Part shown: positions 23,335 through 35,794 of the stretch, piece by piece
Position numbering within the stretch: position 1 is the first letter of the stretch
Layout: each line of letters starts with the position of its first letter
From: Heterodontus francisci
Lineage: Eukaryota
Assembly: GCF_036365525.1 (NCBI RefSeq)
Contig: NC_090395.1
Location: 65,621,326-65,685,325, forward strand
Direction: 5' to 3'
DNA length: 64,000 nt
Made by a program: the position numbers and the translations under genes
Notes under the pieces: generated by a model
Seen by the model: only the letters and a program-made list of their open reading frames with translations
Told to the model about the DNA's origin: nothing
Databases searched by the model: none

Positions 23335-24990
23335 GGGCAGAAGTTTATGTGGACTGCGGGGATGGGAATGGAGGCACAGTGGGGGCATTAAATAAGGATG
23401 GGAGATGTCGGACCGGAAGTCCGACATTGTGATTTCCTATCCTGATTTTATCGATGGCAGCAAACATGGAGGGCAGAGAGCAGATATTGACATGACGGGC
23501 AGGCAATTAATGTAATAAAGAAGCCTATTGACACATATTTTGTTCTCAGTTTTAAATTTTGTTAGCGGTTCTCAGGAATCCGGGGACTTCAGGGCCTCAC
23601 CTTTTTGAGGGAGGTGACAAGGAGGCAGCTGCTCATTGCTGGCTGCAAAGGCAGGCCATCAGGAGAAGCAGCATTGACATGCCAGGCAGGGTGGAGAAGG
23701 GAGGGCATCGGGCATCATCTGAGAAGTGGGGACAAAGTTTCCAGCACTGTGGGGGGCATATTGGGGAAGGGGAGAGGGGGGGCGGCCAATGGGCAGGTGT
23801 CACCTCATCACAAGTGACAATGGGGGATGGGGTGAGGTGTTGACAGTGAAGGTCTTAAGCTTAGAGAGAGGCCACCTATCATAGCCCTCATTCATCCAGG
23901 CTTCTGGAAGCCATTGAAGAGGAGGTGGAGCAGAGCGAGGGGAGTTCCAGGCACCGGCAGCGGCACTGCAACAACTTGTGAGCCCACAGGAGGGTCAGTA
24001 GCAGCTTCCAGTTGGTGGAGAATGGTGCAGAGGGGAAAGCCACGCAGAAGAAGGTATCCTCCGGAAGGAGTCTTCCAGTCGAGGCTGAACTACCTATTGA
24101 TGTCTGAGGGGCAGTGCCAGCAAAGACTCTGCTTCAACAAGGAGGCTGTCACTGACCTTTGAGCTATAATGCGGGACGAGCTGTGCCCCAGGAGACTTGG
24201 TGGAAATCCACAGCCAGTGGCAGTGAAGGTCACCATGGCACTAAACTTCTACACATCTGGATCATTCCATGGATCCACTAGGGAAATGTTTGGATTCTCA
24301 CAGTCAGCAGTTATCGGTACATCAAGGAGGTCACCAATGCTCTTTTCAGGCAAGAGGATGAGTATGTGCGCTTCTGTTCAGATCCCAACTCTCAGGCTGA
24401 GAGGTCCATTGGGTTCAGAACCATTGCTGGATTGGCCCAGGTGAATGGTGTCATGAACTGCATGCATATGGCCATTAAAGCTTTGGAACACCAGCCAGCA
24501 GCCTTCATCAACAAGAAGGACTTCCACTCCCTCAATGTACAACCAGGTCTGCGACCACCATAAACAGATTCTGCAGGTCTGTGCACGCTTCCTGGGAAGT
24601 TGCCTCGATGTCTCCGTGTCTGAGGCAGTTCCAGGTGCCAGAACTTTTCCGGCCTCCTTTGTGTCTTCGGGGATGGATCCTTGGAGACCATGGGGACCCA
24701 CTGAGGACATGGCTACTGACACCTATGAGGAACCCACGCACAGGTGCAGAGGAAAGGTACAACATCTGCCTCAGGCAATGCGAGCGACCATCAAGCAGGC
24801 CGTTGGTCTACTAAAGATGAGATTCAGATGCCTGGATTGGTCTGGTGGAGCCCGTCAGTATGCTGCGGCGAGGGTCGTACATATCCTGGTGGTCTGCTGT
24901 GCACGGCACAGCCTGTGACTACAGAGGGGGGAGATTTTGAACAACAAGGATATCAAGGATATGCCTCCTCGGGATTGTAAGGATGCGGAA
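23335..24990 (+). mobile_element. Harbinger left TIR and transposase relic in intron 1
   Basis: GGGCAGAAGTTTA TIR; [46 protein letters not shown]. Confidence 0.85.
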
Positions 24991-25149
24991 TGAGAGAATT
25001 GACTGTTGTGTTTCCTACATTACAACAATGTCAACAATTCAAATAAGTAATTGGGAGTAAAGAGCATTGAGATTGAGATAGTGAAAGGCACTATATGAAT
25101 TCAATTCTTTCTTTCTTTCTAACAGCAATAACAACTTGAATTTGATATG

Positions 25150-26200
25150 TTTCTCCAATTCATACGGCACCATGGTAACAGCTAACTCGATGTCCATCCT
25201 CTCAGCTTTATTAGCGGCAGCATCTACTGCAGCAGGATTTGTAGAGTGAAGGTGAACATGGTTCATGCAGCCAAGAACATAGAAAGGAAAAGGATTGCGG
25301 TCCAGCAAGGGAAGATTCAGGAACTTGGAGATCGATCAATGAGTAGGACCTCGAGGGTAGTAAAGACAGGACTGTCGTCAGTATGCAAATAGTAAGATAA
25401 GGGAAGTAATTCTCTGTTTAGAGAGATGTTGCAGAAGGAAAGGTTTCAGATTCCTGGCACACTGGGGCCAGTTCTGGAAGAGGAGCAGCCTATAGAGGAT
25501 GGGAGGACTTTACTTGAACAGTTATTAGACCAATAGCCTTGCTGGGAGAGGAAACGTGCTGTGGGGACAGTTTATACTAAAATGGCAGGAGGTTAGAAAA
25601 AAGGTGAAGAGGCAGAGAGAAAAGTAGAAAGTGGAAAGGATATAGGAAAGATTAAGGAGGGGAACAAGAAGATAAAAGAGACCAGATGAGAAAGAGGAAA
25701 GATTGAAAAGAGTAAGATTGCCAAAGTGACTGAGGCACACATCAGTCGAATGTACAGAAGTATATAAAATATTCTGTGTAAAATTGGTAATTTGGGGAAG
25801 TTGGATGGAAATAGAACTAACAAAGTTTTGGTTTAGAGTAGGGGAAAACTGATAGTTTAACATTGCTGGTTACAAAATAGATTAATCATAAATAAAGGAG
25901 AGGTGCAATATTGATTAAAAATTTAATTGCAGCATAATATTGCAAGGTTAATATGTGGCAGGAGTAATTGGTTAATGTTAAAGAATGAGAAGAAAACAGT
26001 TACTTATTGAAAGAGTAACATAGACCAACCATCTACTAGTGAGGAACAGTGTCACTGACAGAGCCTCAAAAAACAATTTCATCAGCTGTACTTTAAATAA
26101 CAGAAACAATTGCAAACTCGAGACATGTTCTGTTTGAGGGATTATTACCACGGCAATCTTCATTATATAATTGGACATCAGTCTACATAAAAAAGATTAC
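25150..26200 (+). mobile_element. Highly decayed CR1 (ORF1 esterase into endonuclease)
   Basis: Aligns to LKGEGEQ..VHIGTNDIGKKR..RELG..SRTSKVV..WCRKEGFRFLGHW of the intact CR1 ORF1. Confidence 0.65.
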
Positions 26201-26518
26201 GTTTTACAGATTTAACTGGGTTACTTTTGCATTTTGATTCCAATACTTGTATAACGCTTTAAGAAGTTAAATGGGTCCTTTATTTTCCATACCCAGTTAA
26301 TAATGCAGTTCAGTTTATATTAGTAAATATCCCTGTGGTGCAACAATATAGTCTATAAGAGTTACAAGACTTCACACAAAATATTATGAATTTGTTTTTA
26401 CTGTATATTTTTTGCCTTTACATGTCTCCAAGTATTTAAACATCTCCACTGTATAAACCGTACACTAGACTGAAACAAACACCGATTATCTTCATATCCA
26501 ACGCTAGCTGTCACTTAC

Positions 26519-26555
26519 CGGACAGGGAACAAATGAGAAAAATCAGAATCCACAT
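26519..26555 (-). CDS. Leader (signal peptide) exon of the receptor gene A/B
   Basis: ATG TGG ATT CTG ATT TTT CTC ATT TGT TCC CTG TCC G|gtaagt = MWILIFLICSLS, phase 1; joins V-A to give MWILIFLICSLSVLGALWAE. Confidence 0.85.
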
Positions 26556-26627
26556 AGCTTTATTCACAAAGATCAGGTCAGCATTTCTCATCTCCCAGCT
26601 GTTAGTTCTCATTTGGAAATAACTATC

Positions 26628-26700
26628 TAATATAAATATACGGGAAATTAAATGAGGAAGAAGATAGCAGGAAGCCAGATCATGACACTGCAGGAAAGCA
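26628..26700 (-). promoter_or_regulatory. Putative core promoter (TATA-like box and Ets/PU.1-like sites)
   Basis: Minus-strand TATATTTATA ~80 bp upstream of the ATG; AAATGAGGAAG at 26651-26661 and further CAGGAA motifs. Confidence 0.4.
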
Positions 26701-28429
26701 GCTGATGTGGTGTGACCATCAGGAACTTGAAATACTAACCAAACTAAAATAATTTTATTTGAAGGATAGAGAATTGTGAAAGCAAGACTGTTAGCATCTT
26801 AGCAGGAATGGATAATGGTGACCCAAGAAATAGTATATTTATGCTGAACTGTGAAGTGAGAGCGAACACAACCAAAAAAATAGGTCATGCAAGTATTGAA
26901 ATTGGCAGAAAAGTTCAATATCCTCTCCTTCCCACAGAGTACTGGGTATCTAAGTTAAATTCACAGATGAAGTAGTTAATGCAGTCCTTATTAACAGCAT
27001 AGAGAAGATCTGGGCAAATAGCAATCTTGTAAAGTGGCATGGTATTGTGCTAAAACTATATCCTGATAGTCATGCTCTCACTAGACTTTAAATGTCCAAT
27101 CCTCTGAGGCAAAAAACTGCAGTGCAAGCTCCTGCTGCAAAATTCCTCTCCCAGTAGAATATACGTCCCACTTGCTCTGGAATGGTGCAGTGATGTGCCC
27201 ACAATATATAGATTAGATTAGATCCTGGGATCTCCACCCTTCCATTCATGTTCTTTCCAGGAACTGTGCTGAATGTGCAAGTGCCCAAAACTACCTTGGA
27301 TGCTACAGGATGCAAGTTGCTTGCTGTTACTACGACGTCAAATTGACAGCATATCTGGCATCTGCAAATACATAGTTAAACACAGATCCCGAATTTGCTG
27401 TCAGAGATACACTGCTCATCCACAAGCTGTGCTGCTGCAGTCTTCACAGATGGAACCAATATTGTTGAGGTGTGAAACTAAATTAATTACCACTATTATC
27501 ACACTAAGGACTGATGAAAAACATAATTCTTGTTTAATCAGGAGTAACTCAGTTTTTAACAACATAATAAGTCATAATGACTGCTGAACAAACTTCTCTG
27601 GTCTTGAAAAATTAATTTTACAATTCTGGATTCTTGTTCCTTCAATTCAATTAAACAGTTGCAGATTTTTTTTTAAATTAAAGTTTGTGTTTTACTATTT
27701 AAGTTTCTTGCTTAATGCATGTCCCATTCATTTTCTTTCTTTCTTTACAATGATTTAAATGTAATTTTTAGCTCCTGTTTTTCAGTTCTTACTTTGCCAT
27801 CTGTGAGGATTCATCAATCTGATTGCTTGATCAGCCTGCCTGCTGCCTGCCCTGCTCACCGACCCAAAAATAAATTCCCCTAGTAGGCGCCAAGTTCAAA
27901 CTGAAATCGGAAAAGAGGAAGTCTGCACTCTAGAGCCCATTAAAACTTAGTGGGCAGATTTTTACAAGAGCTGTTCCTTTGCCACTGACCACAAAATCTG
28001 GGCTAATACGGTGCACTTACATGGGATGGAACAAGTGGGGCAAAATTGGGCTTGGTAATGCCCTTTTTAGGGACTATGAGTGCACTTTAGGTGCTAAAAT
28101 GGAGTCTGCAGCCCTTGCATCCGCTATTGACACAAAACATACTGGACGCCATATTGGTAAAGAAGTTAGTATGTGCATGTAACATCCACTGGAAGATTGC
28201 AGGGCAGGCAGATCATGGTTTAGCATGCAACACTCATTTCATGCCAACACTGCCATTTTGGAGCTCCATGCTCTTGGCAGACATGCTCTCTCAACCTTGC
28301 ATAGCTGAACATGCATTAAGCAGCATGAAGGGCCCTCCATCAAAGTAATGATAGAGCAGACAATTGTGCTGCCTAAAGGAGCCCTGCAGCACTTGGCAGT
28401 GTGGGTTTATGGTGGTATGCTGCATGCTA

Positions 28430-29120
28430 CCATTTGTGTGGCGTGAATGTTACTTGACACTTATCAGCCTAAACTGACCAAGTCTTCCGGCACGTGAACA
28501 GGTCTGCTTCAGTATCTCAGGTGTCGCAAATGGTGCTGAACACTGTGCAATCATCGGTGAACATCCCCACTCCTGACCTTATGGTGGAGGGAAGTTCATT
28601 GATGAAGCAGCTCAAAATGGTTGGGCCACTACCCCGAGGAACTCCTGCAGCGATGTCCTTGGACTGAGATGTTTGGACTCCAATAACCAGCCATCTTCCT
28701 GTGTGCTGGATGTGACTCCAACCGATGGAGAGTTCCCCCCTCCCCCCACCCCCCCGATTCCCATTGAATTCAATCTTGCTAGGGCTCCATGATGCCTAAC
28801 CTCCTGAATTCAGGTCTTTTGTCCATTTTGGAGCAAGGTTGTAATGAGGCCTGGAGCTGAGTGTCCCTGGTGGAACCCAAACTGAGCATTGGTGAGTAGG
28901 TTATTGTTGAGCAAATGCTGCTTGACAGCACTGTTGATGACACCTTTCATCACTTTACTGATGATCGAGAGTAGACTGATCGAGCAGTAATTGGCCGGAT
29001 TGGATTTGTCCTGCTTTTTGTGGACAGGACATACCTGGGCAATTTTCCACATTGCCAGGCAGATGCCAGTGTTATAGCTGTACTGGAACAGTTTGGTTAT
29101 CGTCACGACCAGTTCTGATG
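28430..29120 (-). mobile_element. Fragment of the single-ORF CR1-clade LINE family
   Basis: KLFQYSYNTGI..MWKIAQVCPVHKKQDKSNPANYC.ISLLSIISKVM; same family as 45099-46530. Confidence 0.8.
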
Positions 29121-29734
29121 ATCAAGGCTGAGGTTTTGGAAAACAATTCAAAGAACACTGAGCTACAAATTATTTTGTAATTTCTGATGTTCTTCTATGT
29201 CTTCCATTAAAATTAAACAATAAAGAATATAGCTTTTTCTACCTGGGATGAGGAATCATATGCTTTAGTCAGACATAGTTCTCCAAGCTGTAACCAATCA
29301 AGTCAGTTCTCTGAGCAAGCGGAGAACCATTCTATTGATCTGTATAGTGATTCTGTCAGCAAGTTACGGAGTTTCCAGAGGTGCCAATACCAGAGCTCCA
29401 GAGTAATTACAAAGTAGGCATCAACTAGTATTGAATAAAATTCATGATTCCTGCTGACGGGTAAGAGGCTAAATGAATTCTCATTACAAAATATCCACGG
29501 GAGTATTTTACTTTGGAAGTACTTGCCCTCAGAGGAAGGCATCCATTGACAAATGGGAATGAAAACCGGTTTTATCTGCAAAGTTTATGGTTGAACTTAC
29601 TTTATCTAAGCTTCATCATGATCTATATACCTGCTTGTTTTGGTTTACACAGTCGTCCATCTGGGAATTGTTGACGTAATGTGTTTTAACATCCTAGTAT
29701 TCTTAATTGTATCCTATATCTAAGCAGAAGATAC

Positions 29735-29945
29735 CCTGGCCAATTAGGTGGCCTGTCCAATATTTATCACTAAATCAAACTCACTAAAAAACTGATTATT
29801 TGGAAATTATCACATTGCTGTTTGTGGGAGCTTGCTGTGCAGAAATTGGCTGCTGCATTTCCTACATTACAACAATAATGACACTTCAAAAGTGTTTGGG
29901 ACATCCTGTGGGCATAAAGGCAGTAATAAATGCAAGTCTTTTTTT
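29735..29945 (+). mobile_element. Deu-SINE 3' fragment
   Basis: ATTATCACATTGCTGTTTGTGGGAGCTTGCTGTG..AAATTGGCTGC..ATAAATGCAAGTCTTT. Confidence 0.7.
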
Positions 29946-30489
29946 TGGGTGGATATTGGGATATACTGTATTCATCTTCCTCCGGTACCATCTTCACAAT
30001 GTAAAAACATCTTTGAACGTAGCAGGACAAGTTGAGAAGGCTCTTAAAAACATATGGGATCCTTCGCTTTATTAATAGAGCAATAGATTATAAAAACGAG
30101 GAAGTTATGTTACACCTTTATGAAATACTGGTTAGGCTGCCGATGGAGCTTGCGTTCAATTCTGGGCACTATATAAATACAACTTGTTGTTGTGTTGCAT
30201 TTAATCTAAATGATATTTGTATTGATGCAGTTATGGTTGTGCATATTTTTATTATGTTTAAGTTTGTAAATTAAAGAGTATAACAAGATTTGTATCAACA
30301 CTAGTGAAAATAAAGATACAGTAAGATACTCGTTTGAATTTTAACATGTAAATATTCAAATTATACATAAATTTCAACAGAACCATTTTGAATGTAAGAG
30401 TCAAGCAAGCTGCATCTATTTGAAAAAAGAACTCTCCAACAACAATGAATAAAACGGCACTCATTTAAAACAATGGCAATAATTTATAT

Positions 30490-32230
30490 AGAATTACATG
30501 AAATATACAGCACAGAAAGAAGCCACTCAGTCCAATTAGTCTGTGCTGGTTTTTATACTCCCATTCTATCAACCTCATCCGAGCCTTTCAGCATATTTTC
30601 CTATTCCCTTTTCTCTCGTACTCATTTAGTTTCCTTTTGAATGCATGTATGCTATTTGCCTCAATGACTTCCTGCAGGAGCAAGCTTCACATTCCACTCT
30701 CTGAGTAAAGACATTTCTCCTTATTTCCCTATTGGATTTATTAGTAACTATCTTTTATTTATGGTTTTGTATTCTCCCACAAGTGAAAACATTCTCTTCA
30801 CATCTACCCTGTTCAACCCACTCAGAATTTTAAAGACCTCTGTCAGGTCTCCACTAAATCTTCCCTTTTCTAAAGGGACAAAGAACAACCAATCTTTCCC
30901 TAAAACTGCAATGTTTCAATTCTAGTACCATGTAACTCTTTTTTTCACTTTCTCTAGTGCTTGCTTCTATATCCTCCATATCCTTTTTATTGTGAGGACA
31001 CCGGAACTGTGCACTGTGCTGTAAGTGTGGCCTGACCAGGGGTCCTATACAAGTTTAACATAAGTTCACTACTTTTGAATTCTATACTCTTGGAAATAAA
31101 TCTCAGTGCTTGTTCGTATTTTTAATTGCTTTGCTGACCTGAAATATTACTTTTAATGATTTGTTAGCCTATATCCCCAGATGTCTTTGCTCTTCAACCC
31201 CATTCAGATTCTTACTTTCTAAGGTGTATGTGATGTTTCTGTTTTTCAGACCAAAGTGCATCACTTCACATTTATCTGTTAAGGTTCATTTGCCACTTAA
31301 ATGCCTAGTCTACAAGTTTTCAAATCTCTTTTTATATTATGTTTTATTCTTCCTCAGTGTTAGCTGTACCTCAGATTGGTATCATCTGCAAATGTTGATA
31401 TTGAGTTACTTATCCCTAAGTCCAAATCATTCATGTAAATTATAAACAACAGTGGGTCCAGCACCGATCCTTATGAAACAATACTTTCTATTTTCCTCCA
31501 ATCTGATCAACTATTCTTTCCCTTATTTCTACTTTCTCTTTTTTAGCCAATTTATTTATTGATACAGCACTCAAACAGGCCTTTTGGCCCACCGAGTCTA
31601 TGCCGACCATCAACCACCCATTTATACTAATCCCATACTCCTACCACATCCCCACCTTCCCTATATTCCCCTACCGCCTACCTATACTAGGGGCAATTTA
31701 TAATGGCCAATTTACCTATCAACCTGCAAGTCTTTGGCTGTGGGAGGAAACCACAGCACCCGGTGAAAACTCACGCAGTCACAGGGAGAACTTGCAAATT
31801 CCACACAGGCAGTACCCAGAATCGAACCCGGGTTGCTGGAGCTGTTTCTTCCGGCTCCATGTGTTCTAACCTTTGTCATGAGCCTAATCAAATCTTTTTT
31901 TTAAAAAATCTAGGTATGTGACATCGACTACCTTACTCTGGTTTGCTGTCTCTGTTAATACTTCAAATAATTCTATCAGGTTAGTTGAGCATGATTTAGC
32001 CTTTTGGAATCCATGCTGACTATTTATACTTACATTTTCAGTCTCGAGATGCTCTTTTACACATATTTTAGTATAGATTCCAGTACCTTTCCTTTCATTG
32101 ATGCTAAGCTGACTGGTCTATATTTCTCAGGTTTTGTTCTGTATATAGGAAACAATGTTAAATATTCATCAGTCCTTTGGCTCATGGAGTCTCAACGGGT
32201 GCATGCCATCTGGACCTAGGTTCTTATCCT
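30490..32230 (-). mobile_element. Old CR1 3'/RT fragments, interrupted by a V-SINE
   Basis: Starts with the CR1 3' tail ACAGCACAGAAA; decayed RT motifs. Confidence 0.6.
31555..31845 (-). mobile_element. V-SINE (HE1-like), 5'-truncated
   Basis: V-core GCAAGTTCTCCCTGTGACTGCGTGAGTT..GGTTTCCTCCCACA with a CR1-derived tail GGCCTGTTTGAGTGCTGTATC. Confidence 0.75.
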
Positions 32231-32732
32231 CTTGTAGTTTTGTTAGTTTGACAACAATTTTCTTCACTTATATTCCAATTGTAATAATCTTTTTAAGCCC
32301 TCTCTAGTGAACTATCTATTTCATTACTCCACAGATGCTGTCAGACCTCATGAGTATTTCCAACACTTTCTGTTTTTATTTCAGATTTCCAGCATCCGCA
32401 ATATTTTGCTTTTATTTCATTATCTTGCCTGACCAACCTTCTTGACTTCATTGAGGAAGTAACATCCCCAGTGGATTCTGGAAAGTCTTCAAAATGCCTT
32501 CAAAAGGCACTTGACAAAATCCCTCAAGTGTCAGCCTGGATTTTGTGATCAAGCCCTGGAGTAAACACATGACTTTCTGACAGAGGTGAGAGTTAGATGC
32601 TAAGTCAAAGTTGTCCCCTTAGAGCCATGATCTTATGGTGGGCTGGGTATCTGAGGGTGATGGGTACTGAGTGCGGTGCCACAAAGCTAAGTATTGGGAC
32701 CACTACTATTTCTCGTTTACATAAATGACCTG

Positions 32733-33502
32733 GGCTGGAATTTTACATTGGGTGGGAGGCCCAACCCACCAGCCAAAAAGTCAGGGGAAAGCCCGCCTCC
32801 TCTGGGGCTGGAGAGCCACACTGGGATTTTAGACTCCCCAGGCCCTTAATTGGCCTTGGGCAGGATGGCCACCTCTCTGAGGCAGGAAGTCCCACCTAAA
32901 AGAGCTGCTGGCCAATCAGCGGGTCGGCAGCTGTCAGTCCCAACAGTGTCACTGGGATCAGTGGCCACTGCTGGGAATGCAACCTAGCCACAGCAGCAAG
33001 AGGGACACCGGCTCTGGAAGACAGGCAGGTTTTGGGGTCTCACCAGGGGCAATCAATCAGTCCATGAAGAGACAAGAGGAATCGGGTGGTGGAGGGAAGA
33101 ACTTTCTTTCAGTGGGGGCGGTTGGGGCTGTGGGGGCAATTGGGGCTTTTGGGGCGGCCCTCCATGGGGCACGGGGTGACCGATCAGGAGGGCCCCCTCC
33201 AGCCTGCAAGGAGGCCGCCAGGTTTTACCTGGTAGCATTCTGGGGGCCTGAGACGGCCGCCCGCTGCTGGTAAAATACCAGTGGTGGTGGGAAGAGACCC
33301 TTAAGTGGCAGTTAATTGGCCACTTAAAAGCTTGATTGACCTGGGGTGGGTGGGCTGTTTCCCGCCGCCGCCTCTTGTAAAATTGGAGCAGGGGCGGGAA
33401 GGCGTCGTGAACGGCACCCCCCCACCTCCCACTCAATTTTACAGCCCCTCCCTCCACCAGCCTGCTCCTATGGGGTGGGGAGGGGAGTGTGAAATTCCGG
33501 CC
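32733..33502. mobile_element. Non-autonomous Harbinger-type MITE inserted into a CR1 RT fragment
   Basis: TIRs GGCTGGAATTT/AAATTCCGGCC with 3-bp TSD CTG; removing it restores ATAAATGACCTGGAC (YINDLD). Confidence 0.85.
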
Positions 33503-33778
33503 CTGGACTCAGAAACTCAATGAAATTGATTACATTTGCTGATGACACCAAACTGGGAACAGCAGTGGAATTGGAGGTAAAAACTCAGAAGTTACAGGAA
33601 GAGTTGGATAAAATTAGCTTCTGGTCAGTTCATGGCAGATGCTATTCAATGAAAATGAAATGCACAGTAAGATGGAACAATGAGCAACACATATACCACA
33701 TTAATGGTTTTCCGAACGAATAACGTTAGCATACAATGCTATTTCGGATTCCTGTGGAGTATCAAGCGATGGAATCTC

Positions 33779-34042
33779 TCAATTATTCTTTGGGGGCTGG
33801 CTTTGAATATTGATATTACTGTAGATGACATTGTCCTCATTGTTAACAGAACGCCTTGTCACATCACTGCTATGTGCTGCTGACTTCTTTTGAAACTGCA
33901 CTACTGCATATGTAATTCCGTTTTCATCATTATTCAACTGGGTAGCTCCCTCACTGTGTGTTTCTGCTGAACCACTTTGAATATGTCTTCGAATGTGGTT
34001 TACACTTTCATATGGAATACTCATTTCCACTGCTACCAATTG
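33779..34042 (-). CDS. Gene C terminal exon: cytoplasmic tail with three ITIMs
   Basis: ttttag|CAA TTG GTA...AAT TGA; phase 0; motifs IPYESV, ITYAVV, VIYSNI. Confidence 0.9.
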   Translation of the reverse strand, partial: QLVAVEMSIPYESVNHIRRHIQSGSAETHSEGATQLNNDENGITYAVVQFQKKSAAHSSDVTRRSVNNEDNVIYSNINIQSQPPKNN

Positions 34043-34635
34043 CTAAAATAAAAAAAATAAAAGATCCAATTTATTTCCAATTAGCTTGAATGGTGATTTG
34101 TGCTGTTATGAGGAGAAATCTATTTCTAGATTATTACAAATAAGTTTACAAAGTATTGCAAAGTTTTACAAGTCTTCTACAGCACAGAAATAAGCCAAAT
34201 GGTCGGTATTTATGCTCCACACAAGTCTGCTCCCATCCCTCTTCATTTAACTTGATCAATAATCCTTCCATCCTTTCTCCCTCATGTGCTTATCTAGCTT
34301 CCCTTTGAATACATTTATGGTTTTCACCATTTGAACATTCTGACCAGTCTCTGGGTAAAGATATTTCTCCTGAATTCCCTATTGCAGTTATTAGTGACTA
34401 TTTAGACACAAAGATAGGTAGGAAAGTATGTTGTGAAGAGGACATAAGCACACCGATATAGATAGGTTGAGTGAGTTGGCAAAAATCTGGCAGATGGAGT
34501 ATAATGTGGGAAAATGTGAAGTTGTTCACCTTGGCAGGAAGAATTAAAAAGCAGAGTATTACTTAAACAGAGAACGACTGCAGAATTCCAAAGTGCAGAG
34601 GGATCTAGGTGTTCTCGTGCATGAGTCACAAAACA

Positions 34636-35790
34636 TTCTTTTTTGGCCTCCTTGTCTCGAGAGACAATGGGTAAGTGCCTGGAGGTGGTCAGTGGTTTGT
34701 GAAACAGCGCCTGGAGTGGCTATAAAGGCCAATTCTAGAGTGACAGACTCTTCCACAGGTGCTGCAGATAAAATTGGTTGTCAGGGCTGTTACACAGTTG
34801 GCTCTCCCCTTGCGCTTCTGTCTTTTTTCCTGCCAACTGCTAAGTCTCTTCGACTCACCACACTTAAGCCCCGCCTTTATGGCTGCCCACCAGCTCTGGC
34901 AATCACTGGCAACTGACTCCCACGACTGTGATCAATGTCACAGGACTTGATGTCACGTTTGCAGACATCTTTAAAGCGGAGACAAGGATGGCCGGTGGGT
35001 CTGATACCAGTGATGAGCTCACTGTACAATGTGTCCTTGGGGATCCTGCCATCTTCCATGCGGCTCACATGGCCAAGCTTTCTCAAGCGCCGCTCCCTCA
35101 GTAGGGTGTATATGCTGGGGATGTTGGCCGCCTCGAGGACTTCTGTGTTGGAGATACGGTCCTGCCACCTGATGCCAAGGATTCTCCAGAGGCAGCGAAG
35201 ATGGAATGCATTGAGACGTCGCTGTTGACTGACATACGTTGTCCAGGCCTCGCTGCCATAGAGCAAGGTACTGAGGACACAGGCTTGATATACTCGGACT
35301 TTTGTGTTCCGTGTCAGTGCGCCATTTTCCCACATCCTCTCTTGGCCAGTCTGGACATAGCAGTGGAAGCCTTTCCCATGCGCTTGCTGATTTCTGCATC
35401 GAGAGACAGGTTGCTGTTGATAGTTGAGCCTAGGTAGGTGAATTCTTGAACCACTTCCAGAGCGTGGTCGCCGATATTGATGGATGGAGCATTTCTGATG
35501 TCCTGTCCCATAATGTTCATTTTCTTGAGGCTGATGGTTAGGCCAAATTCGTTGCAGGCAGCCGCAATCCTGTCGATGAGTCTCTGCAGACACTCTTCAG
35601 TGTGAGATGTTAATGCAGCATCGTCAGCAAAGAGGAGTTCCCTGGTGAGGACTTTCCATACTTTGGTCTTCGCTCTTAGATGGGCAAGGTTGAACAACCT
35701 GTCACCTGATCTTGTGTGGAGGAAAATTCCTTCTTCTGAGGACTTGAACACATGTGAGAGCAGCAGGGAGAGGAAGATCCCAAACAGTGT
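34636..35790 (-). mobile_element. RTE-clade LINE, 5'-truncated (left arm)
   Basis: LLFADDAAL, FTYLGSTI, STLLYGSEAW, LGHVSRMEDGRIPK; 3' end points left. Confidence 0.9.
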
Positions 35791-35794
35791 AGAT

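Noticed and set aside
25160-25400. Hydrophobic stretch (MVTANSMSILSALLAAASTAAGF) with apparent splice sites, also inverted at 17720-17960, suggesting a TM exon
   Set aside because: It has stops in frame, and another frame aligns with the CR1 ORF1 esterase; it is a LINE relic.
22811-26555. Assigning the symbol PIGR or CD300
   Set aside because: The V-C2 architecture fits neither, and orthology cannot be established without phylogeny and synteny.
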